64,000 bases of DNA, taken from assembly GCA_002724975.1 (NCBI GenBank), contig PBQF01000039.1:1152-65151 (forward strand), given 5' to 3'. The notes under the pieces are model-generated. The model worked only from the letters and a program-made list of their open reading frames with translations, ran no database searches and was not told the origin of the DNA. The DNA comes from Parcubacteria group bacterium (GTDB taxonomy: Bacteria > Patescibacteriota > Minisyncoccia > Phycocordibacterales > GCA-002724975). Shown here one piece after another: positions 61,770 through 64,000 of the stretch (position 1 is its first letter; the number at the start of each line of letters is the position of its first letter). The position numbers and the translations under genes were made by a program.

Positions 61770-62237
61770 TTACCAGGCGAAGTGGGCAAAGGCCTTGTTG
61801 GCTTCAGCCATCTTATGAGTGTTTTCTTTCTTTTTGACTGCACCACCTTCCCCTTTGTCTGCGAGAATTAATTCCTGTGCAAGTTTCTTCCGCATTGGTG
61901 AACCTTTTTTTTCTTTAGCCGCTTCAATAATCCATCTCAAACCTAATGTTAGTCTTCTTTCCGGCCTGACTTCTCTTGGAATTTGATAGTTCGCCCCACC
62001 AACTCTTTTTGAACGAACTTCAACATTTGGTGACGCATTCATTACGGCCCCTTGAAAAACTTCGGTTGGTTCTTTTTTTGTTTCTGTCTTTATATCTTCA
62101 AAAGCACCGTAAACAATTTGTCTGGCGGTGTTTTTCTTCCCGTTTTCCATAACATAGTTAATAAGCTTTTGAACTTCTAGAGAGTTGTATCTTATATCTG
62201 GTTCTATTTTATTTTTTTTCTTCGGCCCTCTTCGCAT
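61770..62237 (-). CDS. rpsG: 30S ribosomal protein S7
   Basis: RVGGANYQIP, HKMAEANKAFAHF. Confidence 0.97.
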   Translation of the reverse strand: MRRGPKKKNKIEPDIRYNSLEVQKLINYVMENGKKNTARQIVYGAFEDIKTETKKEPTEVFQGAVMNASPNVEVRSKRVGGANYQIPREVRPERRLTLGLRWIIEAAKEKKGSPMRKKLAQELILADKGEGGAVKKKENTHKMAEANKAFAHFAW

Positions 62238-62250
62238 TTATTTCTTTTGG

Positions 62251-62664
62251 TTATTCTTTTTTGGGTTTCTTTGTGCCATATCGACTTCTTCCTTTCTTCC
62301 TATTTGCCGCTCCCTCCGAATCTAAAACGCCCCTAACAACTGTATATCTAACACCAATATCTTTTACTCGTCCTCCTCTTAGAACTACCATGGAGTGTTC
62401 TTGCAAATTGTGTCCAATGCCGGGAATGTAAGCTGTCACTTCCATTCCGTTTGTTAGACGAACTCTGCAGATTTTCCTGACAGCGGAGTTCGGCTTCTTT
62501 GGGGTAGTCGTCTTGACTTGGATACAAACACCTCTTTTAAACGGAGAAGCAAATCCTGTAGGGATATTTTTCTTTGTATTAAAACCACGCCTCAAAGCAA
62601 TAGCCTTGGGCTTTTTTTCTATTTTCTTTCTCTTTTTTCTAACCAGCTGGTTTATAGTCGCCAT
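62251..62664 (-). CDS. rpsL: 30S ribosomal protein S12
   Basis: [28 protein letters not shown]. Confidence 0.97.
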   Translation of the reverse strand: MATINQLVRKKRKKIEKKPKAIALRRGFNTKKNIPTGFASPFKRGVCIQVKTTTPKKPNSAVRKICRVRLTNGMEVTAYIPGIGHNLQEHSMVVLRGGRVKDIGVRYTVVRGVLDSEGAANRKKGRSRYGTKKPKKE

Positions 62665-62735
62665 CGTATTAAATATCCCGCTTTAGCGGGACTTCAGTAA
62701 TTTAATATTAAAATGGTTAAAAATCAAGCTATTTC

Positions 62736-63293
62736 TTAGATTTCAGAGCAGGATAGAGATTGTCTCACGGCATTTCTGCCGGCTTTTTGGTTTCTTAAAA
62801 GGCAACTTACATTGTTTGAAGCAAGGCCCTCTACTATATATGAGTCATCTTTCCTGCTGTTTTCGGGATTGTAAATAAAGCCTCTGGCTTCCAAAAATGC
62901 CCTTGTTAAGTCATCTTTATTTGAAATGGGCCCCACTGACTTTACAGAAAACCCTTCATAAGTTTCCCCGTTTAGAAATTCTCCTACGGATTCAACCCAA
63001 CCCACTTTTGTTTCTTTTGGAAAAGCGTAATTCAATGTGTTGGCTAAATAAAAATCCTTTATTATTTTAGGTGTTCCGTCAGCAAAGTTTTCATCAATAG
63101 TGATCGATTCAGCGGGCGCTGTATCTTCCTGTCCAGAACTTTCTGTTGCCACTGCCGATGCTGATTGTGTAATTCTGTCCTCTTCCTTCTCAACGCTTGC
63201 GCCGATAAAGTAAAGTGCAACAAGAAAAGCCAAGGCTAATGAAACTAGTACTGTTGCAGTTGATATTCCTTTTTTGTAATCTATTTTTTTCAT
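62736..63293 (-). CDS. Membrane-anchored hypothetical protein
   Basis: N-terminal TM; 185-aa ORF co-oriented with neighbours. Confidence 0.65.
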   Translation of the reverse strand: MKKIDYKKGISTATVLVSLALAFLVALYFIGASVEKEEDRITQSASAVATESSGQEDTAPAESITIDENFADGTPKIIKDFYLANTLNYAFPKETKVGWVESVGEFLNGETYEGFSVKSVGPISNKDDLTRAFLEARGFIYNPENSRKDDSYIVEGLASNNVSCLLRNQKAGRNAVRQSLSCSEI

Positions 63294-63295
63294 AA

Positions 63296-64000
63296 TTACT
63301 TACAAACCATTTCTTTCCATTCCCACATTAACGGACAATCTTCAGTATTCCAAATATTTACATTAGCAAGTGATGAAGGTAGATTACACTGTTCGCCTTC
63401 ATTAATACCTGGATTATGAAAATCACTTGAGCATCCACCTGTTGAAATAGCCTGCCAGAAAAATTCTCCCTCAACATCAACAACATTTATTATTTTTTCC
63501 ACCACTTCCACCACTTCCACCACTTCCACCACTTCCACCACTTCCACCGTTTTCTCTTCAATTGCTTCTACTTCTTCTACTACATTTTCTTCTACGGTTG
63601 GTTCCTCGGCCGGCACTTCTTCATCTTCGACAACTTTTGTAACTTCTTCATCTGCAAACTCTATGTTTATTACCTCACCTATTGTAGAAACCGTGGCCAC
63701 TGCCACATTCGACATATCATTTAACGAAAAGGAGAGAACATAAACTAAGTCTTCCCCAGCCAAAGCTAAAGCGTTGAAAAACTTTTTTAAAAGTTTTACA
63801 GGATTTGTAGAAGCATCTACAAAAGTATCATTTTCTTCCACAGCTTGAATTTCTTCCGCCACAACTTGGGACGCTTCTTCACTTTCGTCATTAAAAAACG
63901 GCTCACTATTTATTGAACTAGAAAAGAGACCGGTGAAAAAACCAAAGTTATTTAAGAAGTCGGCAGAGCCATAATTTGAGTCAAAGACCGCATTTTCTTC
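63296..64000 (-). CDS. Acidic low-complexity hypothetical protein, 5' end outside window
   Basis: Frame stays open from 63862 to the window edge; (VVE)n tract. Confidence 0.65.
   Translation of the reverse strand, partial: EENAVFDSNYGSADFLNNFGFFTGLFSSSINSEPFFNDESEEASQVVAEEIQAVEENDTFVDASTNPVKLLKKFFNALALAGEDLVYVLSFSLNDMSNVAVATVSTIGEVINIEFADEEVTKVVEDEEVPAEEPTVEENVVEEVEAIEEKTVEVVEVVEVVEVVEVVEKIINVVDVEGEFFWQAISTGGCSSDFHNPGINEGEQCNLPSSLANVNIWNTEDCPLMWEWKEMVCK
63497..63548. repeat. 9-bp tandem repeat (TTCCACCAC), nearly 6 copies
   Basis: Perfect in-frame repeat encoding VVE. Confidence 0.9.

Overview
AT-rich chromosomal segment of a Patescibacteria/CPR genome, most likely Parcubacteria. This assignment is inferred from gene content: IleRS with an inserted histidine-phosphatase domain, short RF2, rplK without rplA, an unlinked 23S-5S unit, and core genes with little Shine-Dalgarno signal. 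Most of the window is housekeeping: secG, RNase J, ftsEX, prfB, rmuC, a P-type ATPase, ftsK, recA, efp, rpsF-ssb-rpsR, metG, ileS, argS, secE-nusG-rplK, secDF, rodA, rpsL-rpsG-fusA, six tRNAs and a 23S-5S rRNA unit without 16S. Three non-routine signals stand out. (1) About 20 copies of a YGTCYTTTA-like motif lie upstream of, inside and downstream of a winged-helix protein gene located between a large surface-protein gene and ftsK; this could be a self-binding, centromere-like or iteron-like locus. (2) Six self-contained GC-rich mini-cassettes (own sigma70 promoter, Shine-Dalgarno, orphan ORF, terminator) are scattered among core genes. (3) att-like repeats that look like displaced recombinase tails flank small cargo genes. 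No CRISPR array, intact transposase or intact integrase is seen. All calls were made by eye, without database searches.
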